DNA of 41,206 bases from Hydrogenothermaceae bacterium (GTDB lineage: Bacteria; Aquificota; Aquificia; Aquificales; Hydrogenothermaceae), in assembly GCA_026985705.1 (NCBI GenBank), contig JALSPY010000115.1, forward strand, positions 1 to 41,206, given 5' to 3'. A program made the translations under genes and the position numbers. Positions 1-9,670 of this stretch are shown here, one piece after another; the stretch's first letter is position 1, and every line of letters starts with the position of its first letter. Below the pieces are notes generated by a model. That model was not told the origin of the DNA and ran no database searches. It saw only the letters and a program-made list of their open reading frames with translations.

Positions 1-716
1 CATCCTGGTCTTAAACCATCTCCAAGTGAGAATGTAACATCATACTTTTTGAAAATATCACATATCTTATCAAAGTTTGTGTATAATGGGTTTTGTTTCC
101 CGTGAACTGTCATCCATTCAGCAATAATTGAGCCACCTCTAGAAACTATACCCATTAATCTATGATTAACAAGTGGTAGATGCTCCTTTAATAATCCTGC
201 GTGGATTGTCATATAATCAACACCTTGTTGAGCTTGTAGCTCTATAATATCTAAAATATCATCCTCCGTTAACTCTTCTATACTTCTAACTTCCTTTAAA
301 GCCTGATATATTGGAACTGTCCCTATAGGAACTGGAGAGTTAGCTATGATAGCTTCTCTTATCTCGTTAAGATTTCCACCTGTTGATAAATCCATTACAG
401 TATCAGCTCCATACTTTAAAGCAACTCTTAATTTTTCTAGCTCACTCTCTATATTTGAAACAACAGCCGAATTTCCAATATTAGCATTAACTTTACACTT
501 GACAGCTATACCTATACCCATAGGTTCTAATTCATAATGATGTATATTAGCTGGAATTACTAATCTTCCTTCTGCAACCTCTTTTCTTATTAACTCAGCT
601 GGTAAATCTTCCCTTTTTGCTACATATTCCATCTCTGGAGTTATTATTCCCTCTCTGGCATAATCCATCTGAGTTTTTCCATATGTTGTGCTTCTAGGAA
701 CTCTATATTTACCCAT
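1..716 (-). CDS. thiC: phosphomethylpyrimidine synthase ThiC, N-terminal ~238 aa (C-terminus lies beyond the left edge)
   Basis: Own translation of the minus strand from ATG at 716 (GGAGG about 8 nt upstream): [33 protein letters not shown]...[11 protein letters not shown]...DLSTGG...VPIYQA...MTIHAG...IVSRGGS...SLGDGLRPG. These are hallmark ThiC motifs. Absent from the ORF track because there is no in-window stop. Confidence 0.9.
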   Translation of the reverse strand, partial: MGKYRVPRSTTYGKTQMDYAREGIITPEMEYVAKREDLPAELIRKEVAEGRLVIPANIHHYELEPMGIGIAVKCKVNANIGNSAVVSNIESELEKLRVALKYGADTVMDLSTGGNLNEIREAIIANSPVPIGTVPIYQALKEVRSIEELTEDDILDIIELQAQQGVDYMTIHAGLLKEHLPLVNHRLMGIVSRGGSIIAEWMTVHGKQNPLYTNFDKICDIFKKYDVTFSLGDGLRPG

Positions 717-847
717 TTTTTTAACCTCCTTGTTAAATAAAGCTGAAATTAGATATAACCTCATTATAAATTAAATAACTGGTTAATTAAGTGATTGAAT
801 ATCATAATCTTATATGAAGGAAGTATAATAGCAATGGTTATATTTCT

Positions 848-2299
848 CTATCTAGAGATTTTGGCTTTGTATCCATACTCTAAAATATATTCATCATTTG
901 CTGGAATAGAAAACTCCCATTCTATCTTACCCTTAACTTTATCATACTTTTTAGGTTTAAACTTTTCAATTCCTAAAAGCTCTACTTCTATATTATCAGA
1001 TGTAACCGGTGGAACAGAATCAATAAAAGAAACTTTTATACTACTGTTATGTTTGTTTTTTATAGTATACCTAACTATATATGTATGAATTTCTTTACCG
1101 AAGAAAGTCTTTTCCCTATAATCTTTTAATACTTCTTTTTTTACAACTATCTTATTATCCTTGCCAAATGAAATTTTTGATTTTTCCCCCTTTTTAGCTC
1201 CATAAAATCTATCACTTCCTACATACATATCATCAATAAAGAATATTGCTTCATCAGATTGAGCATAGTCTTTTAAAGGCACAAATTTGGCTATAAGATG
1301 AGGTGTTAAAGTATCGTAAGCATCTATAACCACTTTGAATTCTACATTTTTTATTACATCAGTGGATAAATGTATACTCTGAAATACATCCTTTTTTAAG
1401 GATACAGGAGTTTTTAACACATAATAATAGTGTGCATATCCATATTTATACTCAGCGGCTTTATTATCTTTGGTGTATTCAAATATTTTTTTTCTAGCTT
1501 TCTCTATTCTCATAGCTTGTAAACCTAAACCCCAACTTCTACTACTACTAACATTTTCTCTTTTCTTATTTATAAAGGTTGGTACTTTTAATTTAAAAGG
1601 AATAAAAAATGGATAGTAGGTAATATAAACTTTTTCTAAATCTCTATCGGGAAACACTACTAGGTAGTTCCTTAAAATTATACTTTTATTCTCAATGTCT
1701 GCTATGATGTCATATCTATTAAAACCTCCTATATTTAAAAATGATATAACTTTTAATTTTGCATCTGATGGAACCTTACAATTTATAAAAATTTCAGCAG
1801 GATGAAATGTCGCTAAAAATTTATCAAACTCTTTCTTTTCCTTTCTATACCTTTCATTTAAATTATATAGTTTTTCCTCTAGATTTAATTTCTGCTTTTC
1901 CAGATTTTCTATATTTTCAACGGCATCTTTAAATCTTTCAGAAGAAACTTTTTCCAAAGATTTTAAGGAAAATTCCACCGCTAAAATTTGATTTTCTAAG
2001 CTACTTATCTTATTTTTTCTTTCTATATATCTAGTATCTTCTTCTATAGGAATATCTCTTACAAGAGTTATATCGCACTCTTTAGGAGAAATAAAAAATA
2101 CACTATCGGAGGCTTTTGTAGGTAAAATTACATTTATTCTTTTATTACCATCTACTCTTTCACTTAATGTAGAAACCAGAAAACTTTTATTTACATAAAT
2201 ATTTAACTCTTCAATTTTTAGCTCTGAAGAGAAAATACTTTGTGAACTTAAAAAACTATATAAGAAAAAAGCTATAAAAAATTTTCTTTTTAACTTCAT
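848..2299 (-). CDS. secreted coiled-coil protein of unknown function, possibly DUF4139/MuiA-like
   Basis: 483-aa ORF with a signal-like N-terminus (MKLKRKFFIAFFLYSFLSSQSIFS), a central heptad-rich segment (LENQILAVEFSLKSLEKV...LEKQKLNLEEKLYNLNERYRKEKKEF) and a beta-rich C-terminal half. The family guess is from remembered architecture only. Confidence 0.6.
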   Translation of the reverse strand: MKLKRKFFIAFFLYSFLSSQSIFSSELKIEELNIYVNKSFLVSTLSERVDGNKRINVILPTKASDSVFFISPKECDITLVRDIPIEEDTRYIERKNKISSLENQILAVEFSLKSLEKVSSERFKDAVENIENLEKQKLNLEEKLYNLNERYRKEKKEFDKFLATFHPAEIFINCKVPSDAKLKVISFLNIGGFNRYDIIADIENKSIILRNYLVVFPDRDLEKVYITYYPFFIPFKLKVPTFINKKRENVSSSRSWGLGLQAMRIEKARKKIFEYTKDNKAAEYKYGYAHYYYVLKTPVSLKKDVFQSIHLSTDVIKNVEFKVVIDAYDTLTPHLIAKFVPLKDYAQSDEAIFFIDDMYVGSDRFYGAKKGEKSKISFGKDNKIVVKKEVLKDYREKTFFGKEIHTYIVRYTIKNKHNSSIKVSFIDSVPPVTSDNIEVELLGIEKFKPKKYDKVKGKIEWEFSIPANDEYILEYGYKAKISR

Positions 2300-2374
2300 T
2301 TAAATCTTTATTTAAATTTTTTTTTACATAAATAAATATCTTTCTCACCATTTAAACTTTCAATAATAACATTA

Positions 2375-3577
2375 TCAATTATAGAACAGTTTTTCTATCT
2401 CTTTTAAATAACAATCTAAGATTTTTTTCCCAGCCTCTTCTAGAGAAAAGTTTATTTTCAAATCAGTTTTTAAAAGATTGTCTAATATCTTTTCTAATTG
2501 CTCTTCTGAACTTGCTCTTTTAACTAAACCAATCTTTTCAAACTCATTTACATTTTCCTCTATCTTATGTATATACTTACCGACCACAACAGGTTTTTTA
2601 TAGTAGATAGCCTCTAAAATGTTATGACCTCCTATATCTGTAAAAGTCCCCCCCATCACTACAATATCAGCATACTTATAAATTCCTGATAGCTCTCCCA
2701 ATGTGTTAAGTATATAGACATCTTTATCTATTTTTTCTGTATCTGTTCTTAAAGAGTAATTTAACATATACTCCTTTAATAATTCTTCTATCTCTTTAAC
2801 TCTCTCTAAATGTCTAGGTGCAATTATTAGAGATAAATCCTTGTATTTTTTCCTTAAAGATAGATACACCTTTATCAGTATTTCTTCTTCTCCTTTATGT
2901 GAGCTAGCTAAAATTATTAATCTTCTGTTATTTTTATCTAAATGAAGACTTTTTTTAGGAATAGATGATATATACTTTAAATCACCACAGAGTTTTAGTT
3001 TTCCACTATCTTTAACAAAATTAGATAAATAATTAAAATCGTTATTTGAGCGGACTAAAAACTTATAAAATGAATTAAAAATATACTTATAGAAAAAATA
3101 GAATTTTTTATACTTTTTATATGAGTTTTTAGAAACCCTACTGTTAACAGATAATAAAGGAAATTTTTTTGATGAGTATGTTATTAAGTTAAACCAAAAT
3201 TCCTCCTCAATAATAATTCCTAATTTTATATTGTAAGAGTTAAGAAATCTTTTTATTGATATGCTTAAGTCGTATGGCAATGGTATAACCTTAGCATAAG
3301 AAAACTCTTTTTTTCCGTAATCTAAACCTCTAGGAGAAAAAATTGTAATAAGAATATTATTATTTTCTTTTAATCTTTCTATTAAAGGTCTTGCTAAATT
3401 TAATTCTCCCACACTTGCACAGTGAAACCAGATATATTCCTTATTGTCTGAAGGTCTAGGATAAAGTCTTTCAAAAAAATTTAGAGCATACCCTCTCTTT
3501 TTAACAATAAGAGAAAAGACAGGGATGAAAAGAAAAGAATAAAAGATTTGATAAATTAATCTTATAAGATTTTCCAT
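2375..3577 (-). CDS. waaA: 3-deoxy-D-manno-octulosonic acid (Kdo) transferase
   Basis: 400 aa with an N-terminal TM helix. Motifs WFHCASVGELNLARPLIERL and C-terminal GGTFTDIGGHNILEA are typical of WaaA/KdtA. The start overlaps the aspS stop (TAATG). Confidence 0.85.
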   Translation of the reverse strand: MENLIRLIYQIFYSFLFIPVFSLIVKKRGYALNFFERLYPRPSDNKEYIWFHCASVGELNLARPLIERLKENNNILITIFSPRGLDYGKKEFSYAKVIPLPYDLSISIKRFLNSYNIKLGIIIEEEFWFNLITYSSKKFPLLSVNSRVSKNSYKKYKKFYFFYKYIFNSFYKFLVRSNNDFNYLSNFVKDSGKLKLCGDLKYISSIPKKSLHLDKNNRRLIILASSHKGEEEILIKVYLSLRKKYKDLSLIIAPRHLERVKEIEELLKEYMLNYSLRTDTEKIDKDVYILNTLGELSGIYKYADIVVMGGTFTDIGGHNILEAIYYKKPVVVGKYIHKIEENVNEFEKIGLVKRASSEEQLEKILDNLLKTDLKINFSLEEAGKKILDCYLKEIEKLFYN

Positions 3578-5391
3578 TATTTATTTTCTATTTCTATCTC
3601 TATTCCTAGCTCTTCCAGTTGTTCCTCTTTAACATAATCAGGTGCCTCTGTTAGAGGACATATTCCCTTTTGAGTTTTTGGAAACGCTATTACCTCTCTT
3701 ATACTTTCAGAGTTTGTCATAAGTGCTAAAATTCTATCTAATCCGAATGCTAATCCACCATGTGGAGGAGCTCCATACTTTAGAGCTTTAATAAGAAAAC
3801 CAAACTTTTCTTCTGCCTCTTCATCTGATATTCCTAGCAGTTCAAACATCTTTTTCTGTATATCTGGTCTGTGTATACGGATAGAACCTCCTCCTATCTC
3901 CTCTCCATTTAACACCAAATCGTAAGCTTTAGATTTAAAAGTTAAAGCTATATCTTTGTTGTTTATTGCTTCATCTATTCTATCTATATCTTCATCCTTA
4001 GGGCTTGTGAATGGGTGATGTAATGCCACAAGTCTTTTTTCTTCCTCGTCCCACTCTACTAATGGGAAATCAACAACCCATGTAAACTTCCACTCTCCCT
4101 CTGGGATAATATCCAATTTTTCAGCAACCAATTTTCTTAAAAGACCTAAGACCTTATGTGTTGTTTCATAATCATCAGCTATAAATATAAGTAAATCTCC
4201 ATCTTCAGCTTCCATTCTTTCAAAAAGTTTATTTTTTTGTTCCTCTGTGAAAAATTTAAGAATTGGAGAACTTACCTTTCCATTTTCCAGTTTAATCCAT
4301 GCCATACCTTTAGCACCAAAATTTATAGCCTCTTTTGTTAACTCATCTATCTCTTTCCTTGAAAATTTAGCACCACCTTTTATATTTATTCCTTTTACTA
4401 AGCCTCCATTTTCAACTGCAGACCTGAAAACTTTAAATTCGCATTCCTTAGCTATATCAGAAACATCTACAAGCTCTAAACCGTATCTTAAGTCTGGTTT
4501 ATCTGTTCCATATCTCTCTATAGCTTCTTTATAGCTCATTCTAGGAAATGGTAATTTTAGCTCTATTCCTAATACCTTTTTCCATAGATAATGAATTAAA
4601 CCTTCAGATATTGCGATAACATCTTCTTCATCAACAAAAGACATCTCAAAGTCTATCTGTGTAAATTCCGGCTGTCTATCCTTTCTTAAATCTTCATCTC
4701 TAAAACATTTAACTATTTGAAAATATCTTTCTATTCCACCAACCATTAGTATCTGTTTAAATAACTGTGGAGACTGTGGAAGTGCATAAAATTTCCCTTT
4801 TTCAAGTCTAGAAGGAACTAAAAAATCTCTAGCTCCTTCTGGTGTTGATTTAGTTAACATAGGAGTTTCTATCTCTAAAAATCCATTTCCTGCTAGATAT
4901 TCTCTTGTAGCCTGATAAACTTCGTGTCTTAATATAAGTTTTTTTAACATTGAAGGTCTTCGTATATCTAAGTATCTGTATCTTAGTCTAACTTCCTCTT
5001 TAACATCAATCTCATCTTCTATAGGAAATGGAAGAATATCACAGCTATTAAGTATTCTTAACTCATCTACAATAACTTCTATATTTCCTGTAGGAATTTT
5101 AGGGTTTTCCGTTCCTTCAGGTCTTCTCTGAACTCTTCCTCTAACTGCTAAAACATACTCTGTTCTTACCTTTTTAGCCTTTTTGTAGGCTTCCTCTGGA
5201 GATAATGAAGGGTCTATAACAATTTGAACAATTCCCTCTTTATCTCTTAAATTTATAAATATTACTCCTCCATGGTCCCTTACACTTTCAGCCCAACCTA
5301 AAAGCTTAACCTCATCTCCTATATTAGCCTCAGTTAACTCACCACAAAAATAATCCCTTTTAAAATCTCCTAAATGGTCTAATTGTGTCAT
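3577..5391 (-). CDS. aspS: aspartate--tRNA ligase (bacterial type)
   Basis: 604 aa with class II motifs (FQIVKCFRDEDLRKDRQPEFTQID, GLAFGLDRILALM) and an N-terminal OB anticodon-binding domain. AGAGGT lies upstream of the ATG. Confidence 0.97.
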   Translation of the reverse strand: MTQLDHLGDFKRDYFCGELTEANIGDEVKLLGWAESVRDHGGVIFINLRDKEGIVQIVIDPSLSPEEAYKKAKKVRTEYVLAVRGRVQRRPEGTENPKIPTGNIEVIVDELRILNSCDILPFPIEDEIDVKEEVRLRYRYLDIRRPSMLKKLILRHEVYQATREYLAGNGFLEIETPMLTKSTPEGARDFLVPSRLEKGKFYALPQSPQLFKQILMVGGIERYFQIVKCFRDEDLRKDRQPEFTQIDFEMSFVDEEDVIAISEGLIHYLWKKVLGIELKLPFPRMSYKEAIERYGTDKPDLRYGLELVDVSDIAKECEFKVFRSAVENGGLVKGINIKGGAKFSRKEIDELTKEAINFGAKGMAWIKLENGKVSSPILKFFTEEQKNKLFERMEAEDGDLLIFIADDYETTHKVLGLLRKLVAEKLDIIPEGEWKFTWVVDFPLVEWDEEEKRLVALHHPFTSPKDEDIDRIDEAINNKDIALTFKSKAYDLVLNGEEIGGGSIRIHRPDIQKKMFELLGISDEEAEEKFGFLIKALKYGAPPHGGLAFGLDRILALMTNSESIREVIAFPKTQKGICPLTEAPDYVKEEQLEELGIEIEIENK

Positions 5392-5673
5392 TTCTTACCT
5401 CTTTTAGTTTTTAAAGTTATTAATATTATAACTGTTAGCCTGTTAATTTTGCCTTTTTGGTTAAGGTTATGACAGTACTAACATTAACAAAAGCAAAATT
5501 TTTAGCTTTTTAAACTTTAAGGCAATAACAGTTTAATCAGAACTTGGAGATTAACACTACACAATAAAATTTGAGAATTTAGATATTTCCCTTTATGAAA
5601 AAAAACTTGACTATTAATATTAAAAATATAACTTTATCCTATCGCCAAAACAAAGTTAGAGGGAGGGTAGGAA

Positions 5674-6804
5674 ATGAATTATAATGGAGTAGTTAATGAA
5701 TACCTACCTTATCTGATAACTTTATTAAAGGCTATTGGAATATTCTTAGTAGGATTAGGATTATCCACAGTAGGTAAAACTTTAGTTAGTAAAGGATTAT
5801 CAAAAATCCATATCTTAGAAAGAGAGACAGAATTTATTCAGAGCTTTAGTAAACTTGTGTATTACTTTATACTTCTTATAACTATAGTAGCTGTTTTAGA
5901 AATATTAGGTTTAAAGTATATAACTCAACCATTTATTGATTTGTTAAACGAAGTACTAGTTTATATACCTAATATTATAGGAGCAGGTTTAATACTGTTT
6001 TTAGGTATACTGTTAGCTAAAATATCAAAAGAGTTTATAAAATCACTTCTTATAACATTTAAAGTTGAGGAGTTTGCTAAACAGTATAAGATTGAAAACT
6101 TAAGCGGTGCAGTTGCAAACTTTGTTTATCTAATAATCATCTTATTTGTCATAATGGCATCTTTAAATGCTTTAGGTATCACTGTTATATCTGAGCCTGC
6201 AACTCAGATGATAGCTTCCATACTTTTAACAATTCCTAAAGTAATAGCAGGACTAATAATATTTGGTGTTATATTTTTCTTAGGAAAATTAGTAGCTGAA
6301 ATTATTTCTAAGATTGTTGATGATATCAACATAGATGAAGTAGCCAACTATTTAGGAATATCTTCAGAAAAACTCAAATTTGATAAGTTAGTTAAATATC
6401 TTATACTTACATTTGCAACTTTAATAGGTTTATCACAAGCATTCTCTTATGTAGAGGCAACCGCTTTAAGTCTTTTAACACAACAATTATTGGAGATAAT
6501 ATTTAAAGTTTTAGTCGCATCTGCTATAGTTTTTGTTGCAATGTTTATAGGAAAACAGATAGAAGACAAACTAGAAAACAAAAACTTTGGTAAAGGTATT
6601 AAATATCTCTTAATTCTTATGTCCGTATTTTTAGCCTTACCATTTATTGGAATATCTCCAGAGATAATAGAAATATTTGTATTCACTATAACCTTAGGTT
6701 TAGGAATTGCATTTGCTTTAGCATTTGGATTAGGTGGTAAGGATATAGCTAGAGAAATTTTAAAAGATATCTTTCTAAAGAATAAAAATAGTTCTAAAGA
6801 ATAA
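5674..6804 (+). CDS. polytopic membrane protein with repeated conserved TM-helix modules (MscS-N-terminal-like TM_helix repeats)
   Basis: 376 aa. There are four to five repeats of a hydrophobic helix followed by a basic amphipathic segment (e.g. IPNIIGAGLILFLGILLAKISKEFIKSLL; IPKVIAGLIIFGVIFFLGKLVAEIISKIV; LGLGIAFALAFGLGGKDIAREIL). GGAGGG RBS. Confidence 0.65.
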   Translation: MNYNGVVNEYLPYLITLLKAIGIFLVGLGLSTVGKTLVSKGLSKIHILERETEFIQSFSKLVYYFILLITIVAVLEILGLKYITQPFIDLLNEVLVYIPNIIGAGLILFLGILLAKISKEFIKSLLITFKVEEFAKQYKIENLSGAVANFVYLIIILFVIMASLNALGITVISEPATQMIASILLTIPKVIAGLIIFGVIFFLGKLVAEIISKIVDDINIDEVANYLGISSEKLKFDKLVKYLILTFATLIGLSQAFSYVEATALSLLTQQLLEIIFKVLVASAIVFVAMFIGKQIEDKLENKNFGKGIKYLLILMSVFLALPFIGISPEIIEIFVFTITLGLGIAFALAFGLGGKDIAREILKDIFLKNKNSSKE

Positions 6805-6929
6805 AGATAGTAAAGGAAACTAAATATATCTTTTTTACTTCTACATTTTCTTTTTTTATCTTATTTTTTTATCCTTTTCATAAAATTCTGTTAAACTTTT
6901 ATAAAAATTCCCTTTAATGTGGTGAAATA

Positions 6930-7454
6930 TTGATAAAAGGCAAAAATATCTATCTAATAGGTTTTATGGGTAGTGGAAAAAGCACAGTAGGAAAAGTTTT
7001 AGCCGAAGAGTTAGGCTATAGATTTGTTGATACAGATGAGGAAATAGAGAAAGAAACTGGGAAGAAAATTAAAGATATTTTTAAAGAGTATGGAGAGGAG
7101 TATTTTAGAAATTTAGAGAGAAAAAAAATTTTGGAGCTATCAAAGAAAAAAAATTTAGTAATTTCAACAGGTGGCGGTTTACCTGCAAATAAGGAAAATC
7201 TGAGTATTATGAAAAATTCTGGAGTTGTTATATGGTTGAAAATAGATTTTGATACATTTTTAAATAGGGTTGGCAATGATGAAAACAGACCTCTACTAAA
7301 GGAAGATATAAATAAATTGAAGGAAAGATTTAACAAAAGGAAGAAATATTACTCTCAAGCAGATATAGTTGTAATTAATGATAACACTAAAACAGTAGAT
7401 GAAACTGTAAAAGATATTTTAGAAAATATAAAAGAAAAATTAATTTTGTTTTAA
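6930..7454 (+). CDS. aroK: shikimate kinase
   Basis: 174 aa with Walker A GFMGSGKSTVGK, followed by FVDTDEEIE and STGGG. TTG start with GGTGA upstream. Confidence 0.9.
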   Translation: MIKGKNIYLIGFMGSGKSTVGKVLAEELGYRFVDTDEEIEKETGKKIKDIFKEYGEEYFRNLERKKILELSKKKNLVISTGGGLPANKENLSIMKNSGVVIWLKIDFDTFLNRVGNDENRPLLKEDINKLKERFNKRKKYYSQADIVVINDNTKTVDETVKDILENIKEKLILF

Positions 7455-8378
7455 TCTTTTTTCTATTATCCAAATAATATCCTCAAATTTTTCTCTTCTT
7501 TCAAAAAGGTTGTTGGCTAATTTTAAAAGTATTAAAAATATTGAAATAGGTATTACTATAGTTTGAATGACTATTAAAGATATTTCTAAAACTATTAGAT
7601 TTACTACTGCATCTATAAACCTATCTTTATTCTTCCACACATATATACTAACTTCTTTAGCAAGTTGAGATTTTTCTTTAAGTATATTCCAACCAAATTC
7701 AAAACTTTTAAGTTTTGCGAAAAAACCTTCATCTTTTTGATTTGTATTGATAATTAAGGTATCTTCTTTAGAAAACTTATTTTCTAATTTAGATAAATCT
7801 TTAAAAACTACCAAATTTTGCTCTATTCTAGGTTTAAAAAAGTCTTCATATAGAAGATTATTAACTATTCCACATACAGGAAGGGCTAATCTTAATGCAA
7901 GAATTAGAATTACTATTCCTGTTATAACCATGACAAGGCTTCTTAATCTATCTATCCAAATTGAAGGTAGCAAAATTATTAAAATATATGAGATTATATT
8001 AAATGAATAGACAGTTAAAATCTCTTTAGAAATTTTCATTAAACCTATTAAACCTAAAGATATAGTTAAAACTGTTGAAAGTCTCTCTGTTGCATCATCT
8101 AAAGGGTCTAAAATCTGTCCTATATGTAGTGTTAAACCAACACCTGCAGGGGAAATGTCTATCTCTGTTTCCTTTGCAACGGAAACTATAGCATTAGTTA
8201 TTCTGGCAATACCGTAAACAACAATAGTTTCTTTTATAGCAGTTTTAAAATATTCATCTCCCTTTTCGTCTAAGTATGGTAATTTTTCTGGAAAAATTCT
8301 AAAAGTTAAAATAAAAAAAATAATAAAAAATGAAATAATTAATTTTTTCCATACAGGTGAAGGTAGATTAATATTCAT
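7440..8378 (-). CDS. hypothetical integral membrane protein
   Basis: 312 aa with several predicted TM helices separated by a charged ~80-aa loop. AAAGGA RBS. Only 18 nt downstream of the radical SAM gene; its 3' end overlaps convergent aroK by 15 nt. Confidence 0.6.
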   Translation of the reverse strand: MNINLPSPVWKKLIISFFIIFFILTFRIFPEKLPYLDEKGDEYFKTAIKETIVVYGIARITNAIVSVAKETEIDISPAGVGLTLHIGQILDPLDDATERLSTVLTISLGLIGLMKISKEILTVYSFNIISYILIILLPSIWIDRLRSLVMVITGIVILILALRLALPVCGIVNNLLYEDFFKPRIEQNLVVFKDLSKLENKFSKEDTLIINTNQKDEGFFAKLKSFEFGWNILKEKSQLAKEVSIYVWKNKDRFIDAVVNLIVLEISLIVIQTIVIPISIFLILLKLANNLFERREKFEDIIWIIEKRLKQN

Positions 8379-8396
8379 TTCCTTTGATTTCTTACT

Positions 8397-9512
8397 TTAA
8401 TAATATCTAACTATATTGTAATATGTATCTCTCTGTGCTGGAATAAAACCAGCCTCTTTTATTATTTCTGCCATCTTTTCAGGCTTAGGAGCAGAAACTT
8501 TCCATCCTGTAGAAGCTACAACATTTTCCTCAATCATAGTGCTTCCTAAATCATTAGCACCAAAGTGTAAACCAATCTGTCCTATCTTCATAGTTTGTGT
8601 AATGTGTGAAGACTGTATATTTTCAAAGTTGTCTAAAAATATTCTTGATAGTGATAAAACCTTTAGATAATAAACAGATGTAGCTGTTTCTAGATGGTCC
8701 AATTTAGTTCCACCTTTTTGAAAGGTCCAAGGAATAAAGGCTGTAAAATATCCTCTTCCTTCCTTTAAAGAGTTATCCTGTAAATCTCTTACATTAGATA
8801 GATGTTCTATTATATGTTTAGGTTCTTCTATATGTCCAAACATCATTGTGGCTGTTGTTTTCATTCCCAACCTATGGGCTGTTTTATGAACTTCCAACCA
8901 CTCATCAGTGCTAACTTTAGCCTTTGTTGAAAGCTGGTTTCTAACTTCATCTGAAAGTATCTCTGCTCCACCACCGGGAACACTGTCTAGCCCTGCATCT
9001 TTTAATGTCTTTAAAACTTCTTCCACAGTCATTTTTTCCAGTTTAGCTAAAAAGACAATTTCTGTAGCTGATAGTGAGTGTAGCTGAATATTTGGGAATC
9101 TTTTTTTTATTTCAGAGAATAAATTTATATAAAAATCCAGTCTTAAATCTGGGTTTAATCCACCTTGCATTAGGACGGTAGTTCCACCCCATTCTATTAA
9201 CTCCTCAATCTTTTTAAAAATCTCTTCGTAATCTAATATATAAGCGTTTGGAGATTTCTTAGTTGTTTGAAAAGCACAAAATTTACAACCGGCAACACAT
9301 ACATTTGTATAGTTTATATTTCTATCTACAACAAATGTTGCTACATTGTCAGGATGCTTTTCTCTTCTAACGAAATCTGCCAATCTTCCTACTGTCAATA
9401 AATCTCCATTCTCAAGTAAAAATAGAGCTTCCTCTTCATTAATTCTTTTCCCAGATAAAACTTTATCAAAGATATATTTAATATCAAAAGAGCTTTTTGA
9501 GTTTGTTATCAT
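8397..9512 (-). CDS. radical SAM menaquinone (futalosine pathway) enzyme, MqnC/MqnE (CofH-like) family
   Basis: 371 aa with NINYTNVCVAGCKFCAF (CxxxCxxC radical SAM cluster site in the MqnC/MqnE/CofH context) and a TIM-barrel-length body. I cannot separate MqnE from MqnC by eye. Confidence 0.85.
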   Translation of the reverse strand: MITNSKSSFDIKYIFDKVLSGKRINEEEALFLLENGDLLTVGRLADFVRREKHPDNVATFVVDRNINYTNVCVAGCKFCAFQTTKKSPNAYILDYEEIFKKIEELIEWGGTTVLMQGGLNPDLRLDFYINLFSEIKKRFPNIQLHSLSATEIVFLAKLEKMTVEEVLKTLKDAGLDSVPGGGAEILSDEVRNQLSTKAKVSTDEWLEVHKTAHRLGMKTTATMMFGHIEEPKHIIEHLSNVRDLQDNSLKEGRGYFTAFIPWTFQKGGTKLDHLETATSVYYLKVLSLSRIFLDNFENIQSSHITQTMKIGQIGLHFGANDLGSTMIEENVVASTGWKVSAPKPEKMAEIIKEAGFIPAQRDTYYNIVRYY

Positions 9513-9670
9513 CTTTTTACCTCTTTAATTGCTAGATTAAAAATTAAAAACATAAAACAAAAAAAAGAAAAATGATTTAGTTATAAGTTTAAATGTTCAA
9601 ATAAGATTTTATAATTTCAACAATTAATGTTTAATTTTTCTAATAGAATTATTTAATTTGGAGTGGAAAA

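Noticed and set aside
346-1088. Plus-strand ORFs 346-537 and 795-1088
   Set aside because: The first lies antisense to thiC. The second is antisense to the 3' end of the 848-2299 gene and its intergenic region. Neither has an RBS or any recognisable motif.
4247-8010. Antisense ORFs 4247-4534, 6447-6686, 7016-7336 and 7747-8010
   Set aside because: Each is embedded opposite a better-supported CDS (aspS, the TM-repeat protein, aroK, the 312-aa membrane protein) and shows shadow-ORF composition.
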